A stretch of DNA of 64,000 nt from Spirochaetia bacterium (GTDB lineage Bacteria; Spirochaetota; Spirochaetia; UBA9216): the NCBI GenBank assembly GCA_963675665.1, contig OY776510.1, positions 2,752,001 through 2,816,000 of the forward strand. Direction: 5' to 3'. Position numbers and translations under genes: made by a program. The notes beneath the pieces were generated by a model that worked only from the letters and a program-made list of their open reading frames with translations, was not told the origin of the DNA and made no database searches. Numbering within the stretch: the stretch's first letter is position 1; each line of letters starts with the position of its first letter. Shown here piece by piece: positions 19,019 through 28,975 of the stretch.

Positions 19019-20101
19019 ATGGCTAATACTTATAAAATTGCGGTTATACCTGGAGACGGCACCGGCCCGGAGGTAGTTGCTGAGGGTAAAAAGGTTCTTG
19101 ACGTTGCTGCAAGGAAATTCGGTTTCAAACTGGATATGCATGATTTTGATTACGGTGGCGACCGTTTCCTGAAAACGGGTGAAGTGCTTCCCGATAGTGC
19201 ATCGGAAGAACTCAAACAGTTTGATTCGATATATCTGGGAGCCATAGGACATCCGGATGTTAAGCCCGGTATCCTTGAAAAAGGGATTCTGCTTCGGCTT
19301 CGTTTTGAGCTTGATCAGTATATTAACCTCAGACCTGTGAAGCTGTATCCCGGTGTTGAGACGCCGCTGAAAGATAAAGGCCCTGAGCAGATTGATTATG
19401 TAGTAGTTCGTGAAAACACCGGAGGTATATATACCGGAACCGGAGGATTTTCAATGAAAGGAACCGAACATGAAGTTGCTACCCAAAGCATGGTTTACAG
19501 CAGGCACCAGGTTGATCGCTGTTTAAAGTATGCATTTGAATATGCTCAGAGACATGGTAAGAAAGCAAGAGGCAAGGGAGATGCCAATACCCTCGGCCTG
19601 GTTGGAAAGACGAATGTTCTTACCTATGTATTTGATCTCTGGGAACGGGCTTTCCATGAGATCGGAGCAGAAAAGTATGCGGATGTTAAACGTGAATACT
19701 ATCATGTTGATGCAACTTGTATGTGGATGGTTAAAAGTCCGGAATGGTTTGATGTTCTTGTAACCAGTAACATGTTTGGAGATATAATAACGGATCTCGG
19801 TGCTATTACCCAGGGCGGTATGGGAATAGCTGCCGGCGGAAACATCAACCCCGAAGGCGTATCCATGTTTGAGCCGATAGGCGGTTCAGCTCCGAAATAT
19901 ACAGGACAGGGCATTATTAATCCGCTTGCATCGATTGTTGCCGGTTCGATGATGCTCGATACGCTGGGAGAAGCCGAGGCCGCAGTAGCTATTGAAAATG
20001 CAGTTATGGAAGTCACCGGCAAAAAACTGAAAAGCCTTTCTGCCGGAAATATGGGTTATTCGACAAGTGAAGTTGGCGATCTGGTTGCAGAATTGCTATA
20101 G
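19019..20101 (+). CDS. leuB: 3-isopropylmalate dehydrogenase
   Basis: IPGDGTGPEV, NLRP, VVRENT, NMFGDIITD, FEPIGGSAP. Confidence 0.88.
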   Translation: MANTYKIAVIPGDGTGPEVVAEGKKVLDVAARKFGFKLDMHDFDYGGDRFLKTGEVLPDSASEELKQFDSIYLGAIGHPDVKPGILEKGILLRLRFELDQYINLRPVKLYPGVETPLKDKGPEQIDYVVVRENTGGIYTGTGGFSMKGTEHEVATQSMVYSRHQVDRCLKYAFEYAQRHGKKARGKGDANTLGLVGKTNVLTYVFDLWERAFHEIGAEKYADVKREYYHVDATCMWMVKSPEWFDVLVTSNMFGDIITDLGAITQGGMGIAAGGNINPEGVSMFEPIGGSAPKYTGQGIINPLASIVAGSMMLDTLGEAEAAVAIENAVMEVTGKKLKSLSAGNMGYSTSEVGDLVAELL

Positions 20102-20240
20102 CTCTGGATTTAATTCAGTAAATGTGATATATTATCAATAAGATAAGTTTTTCGGTAACAGTTATACTGTTTTTATCTGCAGAGATTGCCGGAAAATATA
20201 AAATTGTTTACATCGGTTGGATTTTTCCACTGATATTATT

Positions 20241-20268
20241 GCCCCGGACAGAGGTTTCGGGGTTTTTT
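20241..20268 (+). terminator. Intrinsic terminator
   Basis: GCCCCGGA...TTTCGGGGT stem followed by a T-run. Confidence 0.7.
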
Positions 20269-20309
20269 ATTTGATTCAATATATAAATTGTACATACAAA
20301 CAAAAAAAC

Positions 20310-20338
20310 TTGCACAGAATTGAATTCGGCATTAAACT
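20310..20338 (+). promoter_or_regulatory. Sigma70-type promoter ~200 nt upstream of the saccharopine dehydrogenase-family gene
   Basis: TTGCAC-17 bp-TAAACT. Confidence 0.45.
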
Positions 20339-20536
20339 ATATGCGAATTTACTGAACTGATTGTTGAATTGATCATTTTTCAATCGGTTTTGAGGTTCTC
20401 TTTTACTGTTTCAGCAGATTGAGGGCTCTCGCAAATCGGCCATACGGGATTCCGGGGGTTTCCAGGGAGGATGATGGAAAATAACTTCACCATAAATATT
20501 CTAAATTATTATTAAAATTTTCAGGGAGAATAAATT

Positions 20537-21763
20537 ATGAAAAGAATACTGATTCTTGGTTCCGGAGCTCAGGGAAGTACGGTTGCCAAGCGAATGGATG
20601 AAGAACCCGATGTTGCCGAAATTATTTGCGCAGATTACGATAGAAAGGCTGTCGATGATTTGACCGGGATGCTTAAAAAGGCCAGACCACTTCAGATAGA
20701 TGCCCAAAAAGTTGAAAATATTGTAAAAGCTGCAGCAGGAGTTGATCTTATAGTTAATGCCTTGCCGATGGCTTTCGGCCGAATAGTGTTAGAAGCTGCA
20801 CTGCAGGCAAAGACTAATTATCAGGATTTTGCTGCAGCGGATGATCCGGCAATTGACTGGGTAGAGGGTATCCGGGTAATGCTGACGGAAACATCTGAAA
20901 GATTCAAAGCAATCGGGAAAACTGCCCTTATCAGCACCGGATCCGCTCCGGGGATTATCTGTGTAACTGCCCGGGATGCAATGCGCTCTCTCGACTCCTG
21001 TGAAACCATAAGCATGTTTGTATGGGAAGGGGTTAAGGCAAAACGGTTTCTGCCGTTCTGGTGGTCGCCGGAAGTCGCCTATGCGGATATGGCTGATGAA
21101 GCTTTTCCATACATTAACGGACAGATTGTTGCCTCGCAACCGTTTGAGCTTCCTGTCACCCGCAGGATAAAGGGTACTGATCGCGAAATCCGTTTTGTAG
21201 AGCATGCCCATGATGAGACAGTCCTGATGGGGTTGAATTCCGGGAGATTCTTTAAGGGTGTTAAAAATGTATTTTTCAAATATGGCGGGTACGGTGTGGA
21301 TTTTGCAGAAAATCTGTATCGGATGGGCCTGCTTTCCGAGATTCCGATAGAGGTTGACGGCCAGATGATCGTTCCCCGCAGGGTGGCGCTCAGGCTGACT
21401 CCGCCTGCGCCGAAATATCATGACGAGATTAAGGAGATACTCGATGAAGGTCTTCTTGATGATTCAGGCGCAATGATAGTTGAGGCTGTCGGAACGAGCG
21501 GCGGGAAAAAGGTTAAAGTGGAATCCTGTGTAAATGCTCCCGGATGCGTTGAAGCTTTTCAGAAATCCGGACTGACCGGGGAAACCTATTTTACCGGTCA
21601 GGGCGGAGCGCTTTTTACCAAACTGTTTGTTAACGATAAAATCTACCAGAAAGGGCTAATCTCTTCCGATATGCTGGAATATGATCAGGTTGATTATTAT
21701 CTGCAGGAAGCTGCAAAGCTTGGGATTACAATAGACACAGTTATCGAGGAATTTAAACCTTAA
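20537..21763 (+). CDS. Saccharopine dehydrogenase family protein (carboxy(nor)spermidine dehydrogenase-like)
   Basis: LILGSGAQG Rossmann motif, NYQD, TGSAPG, EHAHDE. Confidence 0.82.
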   Translation: MKRILILGSGAQGSTVAKRMDEEPDVAEIICADYDRKAVDDLTGMLKKARPLQIDAQKVENIVKAAAGVDLIVNALPMAFGRIVLEAALQAKTNYQDFAAADDPAIDWVEGIRVMLTETSERFKAIGKTALISTGSAPGIICVTARDAMRSLDSCETISMFVWEGVKAKRFLPFWWSPEVAYADMADEAFPYINGQIVASQPFELPVTRRIKGTDREIRFVEHAHDETVLMGLNSGRFFKGVKNVFFKYGGYGVDFAENLYRMGLLSEIPIEVDGQMIVPRRVALRLTPPAPKYHDEIKEILDEGLLDDSGAMIVEAVGTSGGKKVKVESCVNAPGCVEAFQKSGLTGETYFTGQGGALFTKLFVNDKIYQKGLISSDMLEYDQVDYYLQEAAKLGITIDTVIEEFKP

Positions 21764-21775
21764 TAATACGGTTCA

Positions 21776-21807
21776 GCGGCCGGTAAGCAGCCGGCCGCCT
21801 TTTTTTT
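21776..21807 (+). terminator. Intrinsic terminator
   Basis: GCGGCCGG...CCGGCCGC stem followed by a T-run. Confidence 0.8.
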
Positions 21808-21859
21808 CATAAATTTTGATATTTGACATACTATCTTTGAGTTATTATACTCCGTGTAA

Positions 21860-23611
21860 ATGCATGGAAAAATCAGTATAAAGCGAATTTCCGGCCTCCT
21901 TCCTATGTTGATATTGCTCCTGATACTTGTCAATCTGGCAGCCATTTCGTTTATAGGGGTTATTTATTACAGAATTGACATGTTCGAAAATGCCACAGGC
22001 AATTATTTCAGAATGATTAATGAATATGCCATTAGTGTTCTAAACAGCGACGGAAATATATCTGCATTGCTGGAAGAGAAATATACCAATTTGGAAAATG
22101 AGTTTAACAGGATGAATAAGCTGCTGCGCAACGGGACGGTTTTAAAGCCGCCTGAGTTTACATCAGTTGCAGAAGTTGAAGTTTACAGGGCCCATATCAG
22201 GGAGAATGCGTCAATTGTCCGGACTAATCTTTCGAATGTGATACAGAGGTCCTATATTCATATCGGATTTATGCTTGCAATTTCTGCGGGAGCGAGTATA
22301 TTTCTCCTTTTATCCATTCTTGCCGGCAGGTATGCAATCAGGAAATACGGAAAGGAAATTACTGCAGGTCTTGAATACATGGAGAAGATTCTGAAGTTTG
22401 AAATGCACCCGGATTTTGTAAAAACAGATACAAATATTGTAGAAATCGAACAGCTTCAGAATTCCCTGCTTAATCTGTCGAGCGACGTACTGTTTAATCG
22501 AAAGCTGATTGAAAAGGGTGTTCACGGTAATCTGGATATCCTGTTGTCCGAGATAATGGACAGTTTCAGAAAAAGGATGCCGTGTGAAAGGATCGCGCTG
22601 TCTTTTCTTTCGCCGACAGGTAATCTTGTTGCTGAAACTGCTGTTACCACATATAAAACCATATTCCTTAATCCCGGGTTTACAGAACCGATAGCCAGCA
22701 CGAGTCTTGCCGATGTTATCAAAAGCGGAGAACCAAGAATAATCAATGATTTAGATTCTTATTCGCTGAATAAAAGAATATCAAGATCCACTTATTTTGT
22801 TCTCAAGGAAGGTATTAAATCGAGTATTACTATTCCCATGCTGTTCAACGGAAAATGTCTTGGATTCTTTTTTGTCTCAAGCAGGCAGAAAAACGCATTT
22901 ACTATGGAAATGATGCATTATTCTCACAGAATTCTGAACCTGCTTAAACAGAAGTTTTATATTGAGTATCTTTTACAGCAGGTAGTTTCTGAAACATCAA
23001 ATGCGTTTATTTTACTTATGGAGGAAAAGGATAACGAAACATCAGCTCATATTGCACGAATGTCGCGGTATTCATATACGACCGCAATGTTTTACCATGA
23101 CAATGTAAAACCGCTTGAACCGAGATTCATGAGAGAGATTTTATGGTATTCTCCTTTGCATGATATCGGGAAAGTCGGAATTCCCGATTCAATTCTTTTA
23201 AAAGAAGGGCCTCTCTCCCCGGATGAAATGCAGGTGATGAAGAATCACGTAAATATCGGTTCTCGTGTTATGGAAAAAATGAACGCCAGTCTTCTCGAAA
23301 GAGTATCTTTTCCATTAATGCAGACTGCGGTGGAGATTATAAAGGGACATCATGAAAAATATGACGGAAGCGGATACCCTGAAGGCTTAAGCGGCGAAGG
23401 TATTCCTCTCGCAGGCCGAATTGTTGCTGTGGCTGATGTTTTTGATGCGCTCACATCACGACGACCGTACAAGCGGGCGCTGCCTGTAGAGGAAGCATTG
23501 AATATTATGGAGAATGATATGGTCGATAGTTTTGATCCTGAAGTTATGATGGCTTTTAAATCAGGATTTCCTGAAATATTGAAGACTTTTGAAGAATTGA
23601 AGGAAATATAA
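21860..23611 (+). CDS. Membrane-bound GAF + HD-GYP phosphodiesterase
   Basis: Two TM helices, GAF-like region, LHDIGK, HHEKYDGSGYP, VADVFDALTSRRPYK. Confidence 0.92.
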   Translation: MHGKISIKRISGLLPMLILLLILVNLAAISFIGVIYYRIDMFENATGNYFRMINEYAISVLNSDGNISALLEEKYTNLENEFNRMNKLLRNGTVLKPPEFTSVAEVEVYRAHIRENASIVRTNLSNVIQRSYIHIGFMLAISAGASIFLLLSILAGRYAIRKYGKEITAGLEYMEKILKFEMHPDFVKTDTNIVEIEQLQNSLLNLSSDVLFNRKLIEKGVHGNLDILLSEIMDSFRKRMPCERIALSFLSPTGNLVAETAVTTYKTIFLNPGFTEPIASTSLADVIKSGEPRIINDLDSYSLNKRISRSTYFVLKEGIKSSITIPMLFNGKCLGFFFVSSRQKNAFTMEMMHYSHRILNLLKQKFYIEYLLQQVVSETSNAFILLMEEKDNETSAHIARMSRYSYTTAMFYHDNVKPLEPRFMREILWYSPLHDIGKVGIPDSILLKEGPLSPDEMQVMKNHVNIGSRVMEKMNASLLERVSFPLMQTAVEIIKGHHEKYDGSGYPEGLSGEGIPLAGRIVAVADVFDALTSRRPYKRALPVEEALNIMENDMVDSFDPEVMMAFKSGFPEILKTFEELKEI

Positions 23612-23625
23612 ACCGGGAGATTTCG

Positions 23626-24318
23626 GTGATTAATAATCAGGTATTTGAAAAGTTAACAAAGTCGGAGCTTTTCAACGGAGTTTTGCATAATGTAATTTCG
23701 GACTATCTGGAGAAAAAACGTTTCAAGGTACGATGTTATCCTGCAGGCAAGCTGATAATGCTCAGGGGTGAAGTTATTGATTCACTGATGCTTCTGATTG
23801 AAGGAAGATTACAGGCCCAAATACAGGGCGGCGGAGGCAAAACTTTACGTATTGAAGTACTGAAAGCACCGCAGGCAGTAGCGGCAGGGGTGCTTTTTTC
23901 TCAGGATAATCGTCTTCCTGTCAGTTTGTGTTCACTTGTTGATGTAAGTATTGTTTTTATTCCGAAAAATGATGTTTTTATGCTTTGCTCCCAGGACAGC
24001 AGATTTATGCAGAATTATTTTACCGATATGGGCGACAAGATTTCGATTCTGGCCGAGAAGATAAGACTATACCAGTTCAACACAATAAAGCAAAAACTTG
24101 CCGGTTATATACTTGGATTATCAGGGGATATGAAGCTTAGAACGGTTAAACTTGTTTACAGCAAAGAAGTTTTGTCGGAAATTATGGGCGTCGCCCGTCC
24201 CTCATTGTCAAGGGAGTTCTCAAACCTTGTATCATACGGATATATTGAAACCTCAGGGAAAACAATACGTATCATAAACCGCAATGCCATGGAGGAAATT
24301 CTCAAAAATGGTGATTAA
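23626..24318 (+). CDS. Crp/Fnr family transcriptional regulator (HcpR-like)
   Basis: cNMP-binding fold plus C-terminal HTH GVARPSLSRE. Confidence 0.88.
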   Translation: MINNQVFEKLTKSELFNGVLHNVISDYLEKKRFKVRCYPAGKLIMLRGEVIDSLMLLIEGRLQAQIQGGGGKTLRIEVLKAPQAVAAGVLFSQDNRLPVSLCSLVDVSIVFIPKNDVFMLCSQDSRFMQNYFTDMGDKISILAEKIRLYQFNTIKQKLAGYILGLSGDMKLRTVKLVYSKEVLSEIMGVARPSLSREFSNLVSYGYIETSGKTIRIINRNAMEEILKNGD

Positions 24319-24408
24319 GAAGCCGGAAATTACTAATCTTGATTTTGCGGAAGCGTTAAATTTCGAAATGGTGTTTTTTATCTTTTTGAAAAATTACTGT
24401 AACGGAGG

Positions 24409-24996
24409 GTGTGTATGAACCTGGAAATCCAGAAGCTGTCGAAAAAAAATGTTGATGATTTCCTGAATTTCTTTGATGAGCGGGCATTCTGCGACAATCC
24501 CGACTGGGCGGACTGTTATTGCCGTTTTTTTTATTTCTCTGATGAGCGAAAATGGGAAGCCTGTACGTCGGAGCAGAACCGTGCCGAAGCAGCCTCTGAA
24601 ATTACCTTCGGACGTATGAATGGTTATCTTGCATATGAAAACGGCAGAACTGTCGGATGGTGCAATGCAGACGATATTATGAATTATTCACGTATTCTGG
24701 CTGATGAGGATATTCCAAATGAAAAAGGAATAAAAAAAGCGGCTGTAGTGTGTTTTGTTATAGATCCCGATTTCCGGAGAAGGGGTGTTGCTTCCGGGCT
24801 TCTGACTGCTGTATGCAATGATTTTGCCGGGACTGGTTATGACTATATTGAGGCATATCCGCAGAAGCATGCAGACAGTAACGCGGGAAACTATCATGGT
24901 CATCTGAAAATGTACCAATCCGCCGGGTTTGAAATATCCGGCGAGACGAATGATTTTTACATTGTCGGAAAAAAACTGCAGCAGGCTGCAATATAA
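24409..24996 (+). CDS. GNAT family N-acetyltransferase
   Basis: CYC, VGWC, CFVIDPDFRRRGVA, IEAYP, MYQSAGF. Confidence 0.88.
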   Translation: MCMNLEIQKLSKKNVDDFLNFFDERAFCDNPDWADCYCRFFYFSDERKWEACTSEQNRAEAASEITFGRMNGYLAYENGRTVGWCNADDIMNYSRILADEDIPNEKGIKKAAVVCFVIDPDFRRRGVASGLLTAVCNDFAGTGYDYIEAYPQKHADSNAGNYHGHLKMYQSAGFEISGETNDFYIVGKKLQQAAI

Positions 24997-25013
24997 AAGG
25001 AGGAACTGAACTG

Positions 25014-25478
25014 ATGCAAAAATACAATATCAAAGTAACCGACGGACAGGATCATGATTTTATTGATCTATGCAGACTGCTTGATTTCAATCTCGATGAA
25101 ATTGTCGGAGAGACTTTTCAGCGAGAAAAATATCAACAGTACAACACACTGGATGATATTCATGATGTAATTATGATTTACCAGGATCGGTTGCCAGTCG
25201 CCTGCGGAGGTTTTAAATATTATGATGATCTGACTGCCGAAATAAAACGTGTTTTTGTGAAAAAGGAACTTCGAAGGCACGGTCTGGCAAAAATTCTTAT
25301 GAGAGAACTTGAGAACAGGGCTATTGAGAAGGGCTTCTCCAGATTGATTCTTGAGACCGGCGAGCCGCTGAAAGCCTCAATGGGATTATACAGAAGTATC
25401 GGCTTTACGATAATTGCCAACTACGGCCAATACCGAGAGATGAAAGAATCAATCTGCATGGAAAAGATCCTTGCTTAA
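25014..25478 (+). CDS. GNAT family N-acetyltransferase
   Basis: ACGG, EIKRVFV..RRHGLA, LILETG, LYRSIGF. Confidence 0.92.
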   Translation: MQKYNIKVTDGQDHDFIDLCRLLDFNLDEIVGETFQREKYQQYNTLDDIHDVIMIYQDRLPVACGGFKYYDDLTAEIKRVFVKKELRRHGLAKILMRELENRAIEKGFSRLILETGEPLKASMGLYRSIGFTIIANYGQYREMKESICMEKILA

Positions 25479-25492
25479 AATTACAGCTATAA

Positions 25493-27220
25493 TTATTTAA
25501 TCGAATACAATGTAATCGGTTTGGATTTTCCCCTTACAATAACCGGATCATTTTTTAATGTTTTTATACTGCCGATGAATTTTTGATCAAGTTGGCTGTA
25601 AGTTGATTCGCTTATCAGAATATCAGTTTCATATACCTTTGTCTGGCTTTCAATTCTTGATGCAAGGTTAACTGTATCCCCGATTACCGTGTATTCCTTT
25701 CGGTCTTCAGACCCGACATTTCCCGCGATCAGAAAACCCGTATGAATTCCTATTCCATGGCGTATCGGCGGATATTTTGCTGCAGCATTGAAATCATCAA
25801 GCTCCTTTCTCATTTCAAGCGCGGCCTTCACAGCAGCTTCTGCATGATTTTCAAGTCCGAACACCGGAGAAAAAACAGCCATTATGCAGTCGCCGATAAA
25901 TTTGTTGATAACGCCCTGATGAAGCGATATAGGTTTGACCATATATGAAAAATAATCATTAAGGAACTCGATAAGCTCGCGCGGGGTGTACCCTTCGCTG
26001 ATTGTGGTAAAACTTCGTATATCGGCGAACATTACAGTTGTTTCAATTTCCTCGCCGGCGAGATCAATTTCATGAGTATCAATAAGTTTTTTGGCTATTT
26101 CGATTGAAACAAATTTTCCAAAGGTATCACGAAGCTTTTCCCTTTCCTCAAGTCCCTCAACCATGGTGTTAAAATGTCCTTTCAGTTTTCCTATTTCATC
26201 TGACGACAGTACGGACGACCTGGTTGTAAAATCACCCTTTGCAACGTCCTGCATTCTCTCTATGAGTATGTTCAGGGGACCCTGGATGTTTTTTCGGAAA
26301 GAGAAAATCGAAAACAGCTGTGCCGTCAGGAAGAACAGGCTGACTATGGTAGTAATAAGCAAGGGACCGAAAATCTGACCCACAGTTACTATATCCAGTT
26401 CCTCTCCGGCTGCCAGGGATTTGAACATCCATGAGTTGAATACAGCCGGAATATAGATACTCAGAAGCAGCGGAATCATGCCGATCGAGATAATCATCAG
26501 CAGAATTCTTGCTGTAAGGTTCATTGTAACCCCGTTTTTTAGGGAGTAAAGTTTGTATTCACGAAAAATCTGGCGTGCTATACCGTTATTAATATATCGG
26601 GTTGTGTACCATGAATTAATAAACCCGGCCAGACTGCCGTACATAAGGAAAGAAGCTATAAGATTGGCTGTAAGCTTTCCGGTTATTTCGATACCGTCAA
26701 TGTCGCGAACCAGCAGTTTTAAGAATAATCCCCAGAGTCCTCCCGCCCAGGGGAGAATGAATATGAATACGGGAAGGTTAAGTACCCGTTTGATTGTTTT
26801 ATCATCGGGTTCATTTTTTCCTTTAAAATTGAATCTGTACACAGGTACAAGGTAAATTATGATGGCAAGAAGCATGAAGAAAGCGGGATTACGCGTGCTG
26901 TAAATCCAGTATTTTTCCTGAAGCCGTTCATCCCATGATTTATCATCTTCAAAACCGAACTTTATTTTAAGTTCATTTTCAAGCTGAAGTTCGGATTTCC
27001 GTATTTCCCCGTGGAACCCCCTGTCTTTTTCCTGGTTTATATCATTTACAAACGGTTGAAGTTTATCGGAATTATCTCTTACAAATTGCACAAGTTCTTC
27101 AAACGGCATGTTTGAATAATGTTCAAATGCTCCTGAAAGGAATGAGCTTGCAATAATTGACAATAGAAAAAAAATGTACAAAGGAATAAACAGTTTCTTC
27201 AGGAATATTTTAATTTTCAT
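25493..27220 (-). CDS. Membrane-anchored HAMP + class III adenylate cyclase
   Basis: Multiple TM helices, HAMP (DEIGKL..FNTM), FADIRSFT, KFIGDC, YTVIGDTVNLASR. Confidence 0.93.
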   Translation of the reverse strand: MKIKIFLKKLFIPLYIFFLLSIIASSFLSGAFEHYSNMPFEELVQFVRDNSDKLQPFVNDINQEKDRGFHGEIRKSELQLENELKIKFGFEDDKSWDERLQEKYWIYSTRNPAFFMLLAIIIYLVPVYRFNFKGKNEPDDKTIKRVLNLPVFIFILPWAGGLWGLFLKLLVRDIDGIEITGKLTANLIASFLMYGSLAGFINSWYTTRYINNGIARQIFREYKLYSLKNGVTMNLTARILLMIISIGMIPLLLSIYIPAVFNSWMFKSLAAGEELDIVTVGQIFGPLLITTIVSLFFLTAQLFSIFSFRKNIQGPLNILIERMQDVAKGDFTTRSSVLSSDEIGKLKGHFNTMVEGLEEREKLRDTFGKFVSIEIAKKLIDTHEIDLAGEEIETTVMFADIRSFTTISEGYTPRELIEFLNDYFSYMVKPISLHQGVINKFIGDCIMAVFSPVFGLENHAEAAVKAALEMRKELDDFNAAAKYPPIRHGIGIHTGFLIAGNVGSEDRKEYTVIGDTVNLASRIESQTKVYETDILISESTYSQLDQKFIGSIKTLKNDPVIVRGKSKPITLYSIK

Positions 27221-27427
27221 TCAGTTATCGACCTCATTGAGTAATATTATAGACTGTAAAACTATTTAACGACAATAACAAAAACTCTGTCGCCTGCAAG
27301 GCTGAAGTCTGCAGGCGCAAAGTTTCAGGACCGGTCGATAAAGCGTTTATCTAAAATGGTCAAATAATATTTTCAAAGTATAATATCGCTTTTTTATGGT
27401 ATAATGGGCTTAAAATAACAGGAAATA

Positions 27428-28975
27428 ATGGAAATAAAAAAATTATTAAAAGAAGATGTTTCAAATGCCATGGAACTTGTCTCTGAAGCTGCAGCGGCTT
27501 TGTCTGAATCGGGTATTGATCAATGGGATGAGCAATACCCCTCAAATACGGATATAGAATCTGATATCGTAAACGGAGAAGCTTTCGGTCTTTTTGAAAG
27601 CGGAAGGTTGACATCTTACATGGTTTTAAACCAATACAATGACCCACAGTATATTGATATAAAGTTTAAGAGTGATGATACTGGAGCGCTGACCATGCAC
27701 CGTCTGGCCGTGGCTCCTGACAGGCAGCGGCAGGGGCTGGCCGACCGGATGATAAATTTTGCCGAGGATTATGCACGCTCAAACGGTTATGTCAGTATCA
27801 GGCTTGATGCGTTCAGTCTCAACCCGGCAGCGCTCGGATTGTATGAAAAACACAATTATCAGCAGGTGGGGACTGTTTTATTTCGCAAGGGAAGTTTTCA
27901 TATATTTGAAAAGATACTCTCTGAAATAGAATACCGCGATATGTGTGAAGAGGAATCTTCTGTTGTCTTAAAACTTGCCAGATCGGTTTTCCCTTTCTTT
28001 TACCGCCTGTTTATGCGGCATTTCAAAAATGCTGTAATTGCAGTTGAAAACGGCCGGATTATCGGGGGGGCTGTCTGGCACAGGTTCCGGGCTGGAAAAA
28101 ATATTTTCGGATATCTTGATTTTGGTTTCACCGAGAAAGGTCAGCAGGGCCGGGGTATAGGACGGGAAACATATACCCGGGCCATTAATAAAATGAAAGC
28201 GGAAAAATGTAAAACTCTGGGGGCCCTGGTTCTTTGTGATAACACATCATCATGGAAACTGCTTGCCGATAGAGGTTTTGTACGGGCTGACAGAAAAACC
28301 CTGGTAGAAAGACACGGTTGGACCGGTGCAATAAAAATCTTTTTTGAAACCGCATTTGCTTTCTCTCCGGGGGCGGACATCTGGATAACCGAGGCGGAGG
28401 AAAAGAAAAGGTCTTCCGTTTCCGAGATGATGTTACTGGTATTATTGTCCGCATTTATTGCGCTGGCACAGGGACTGTATCTTTACAGGCAGTCCGCCTT
28501 TTACACAGCTGCGGCTGTTTTGACCGTTTATGCTTTCAGGATTTTGCTGTCATATCTTTTTTCGATAAAAATCAGGAAGAACCTGACTTTCCGTTTCTGG
28601 CGAAGCGGCTTGCTGATAACTGCAATTGTCTTTTTTGCCGGGGGCGTATACCCGCCGGGTGGAGATTTCTATCCGTCGGACGTGCGCTGGAGCTATAGTA
28701 AGCACAGAAAACAGCTGGGGCTGATCGGTTTAGGCGGATGGCTTGCAGTGATAATTCTTGCGGCTGTTTTCCTGACAACGGAAAAACTGTTTCCCGGCTT
28801 CAGCCTGATGGTTTCCGGAGTCGAAAAATGGCTTTACATGTTGCTGATAATTAACTGTGTTCCGTTTATAATGGAATCATGGTCCGGGGCCCGCGTCTGG
28901 AAGTGGAATAAAATTGTATTTACAGCTATGGCTTCGGTTTCAATTGTTTTGCTTATCTTCATTTTTACAAACTGA
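27428..28975 (+). CDS. Double-GNAT protein fused to a multi-pass membrane domain
   Basis: GNAT1 (HRLAVAPDRQRQGLA), GNAT2 (QQGRGIG), ~6 C-terminal hydrophobic segments. Confidence 0.78.
   Translation: MEIKKLLKEDVSNAMELVSEAAAALSESGIDQWDEQYPSNTDIESDIVNGEAFGLFESGRLTSYMVLNQYNDPQYIDIKFKSDDTGALTMHRLAVAPDRQRQGLADRMINFAEDYARSNGYVSIRLDAFSLNPAALGLYEKHNYQQVGTVLFRKGSFHIFEKILSEIEYRDMCEEESSVVLKLARSVFPFFYRLFMRHFKNAVIAVENGRIIGGAVWHRFRAGKNIFGYLDFGFTEKGQQGRGIGRETYTRAINKMKAEKCKTLGALVLCDNTSSWKLLADRGFVRADRKTLVERHGWTGAIKIFFETAFAFSPGADIWITEAEEKKRSSVSEMMLLVLLSAFIALAQGLYLYRQSAFYTAAAVLTVYAFRILLSYLFSIKIRKNLTFRFWRSGLLITAIVFFAGGVYPPGGDFYPSDVRWSYSKHRKQLGLIGLGGWLAVIILAAVFLTTEKLFPGFSLMVSGVEKWLYMLLIINCVPFIMESWSGARVWKWNKIVFTAMASVSIVLLIFIFTN

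Noticed and set aside
20390-20475. ykkC/guanidine-I or lysine riboswitch call
   Set aside because: Only a superficial resemblance (CGGGA...GGGAGG). The core consensus was not found, so it is kept only as an unassigned leader.
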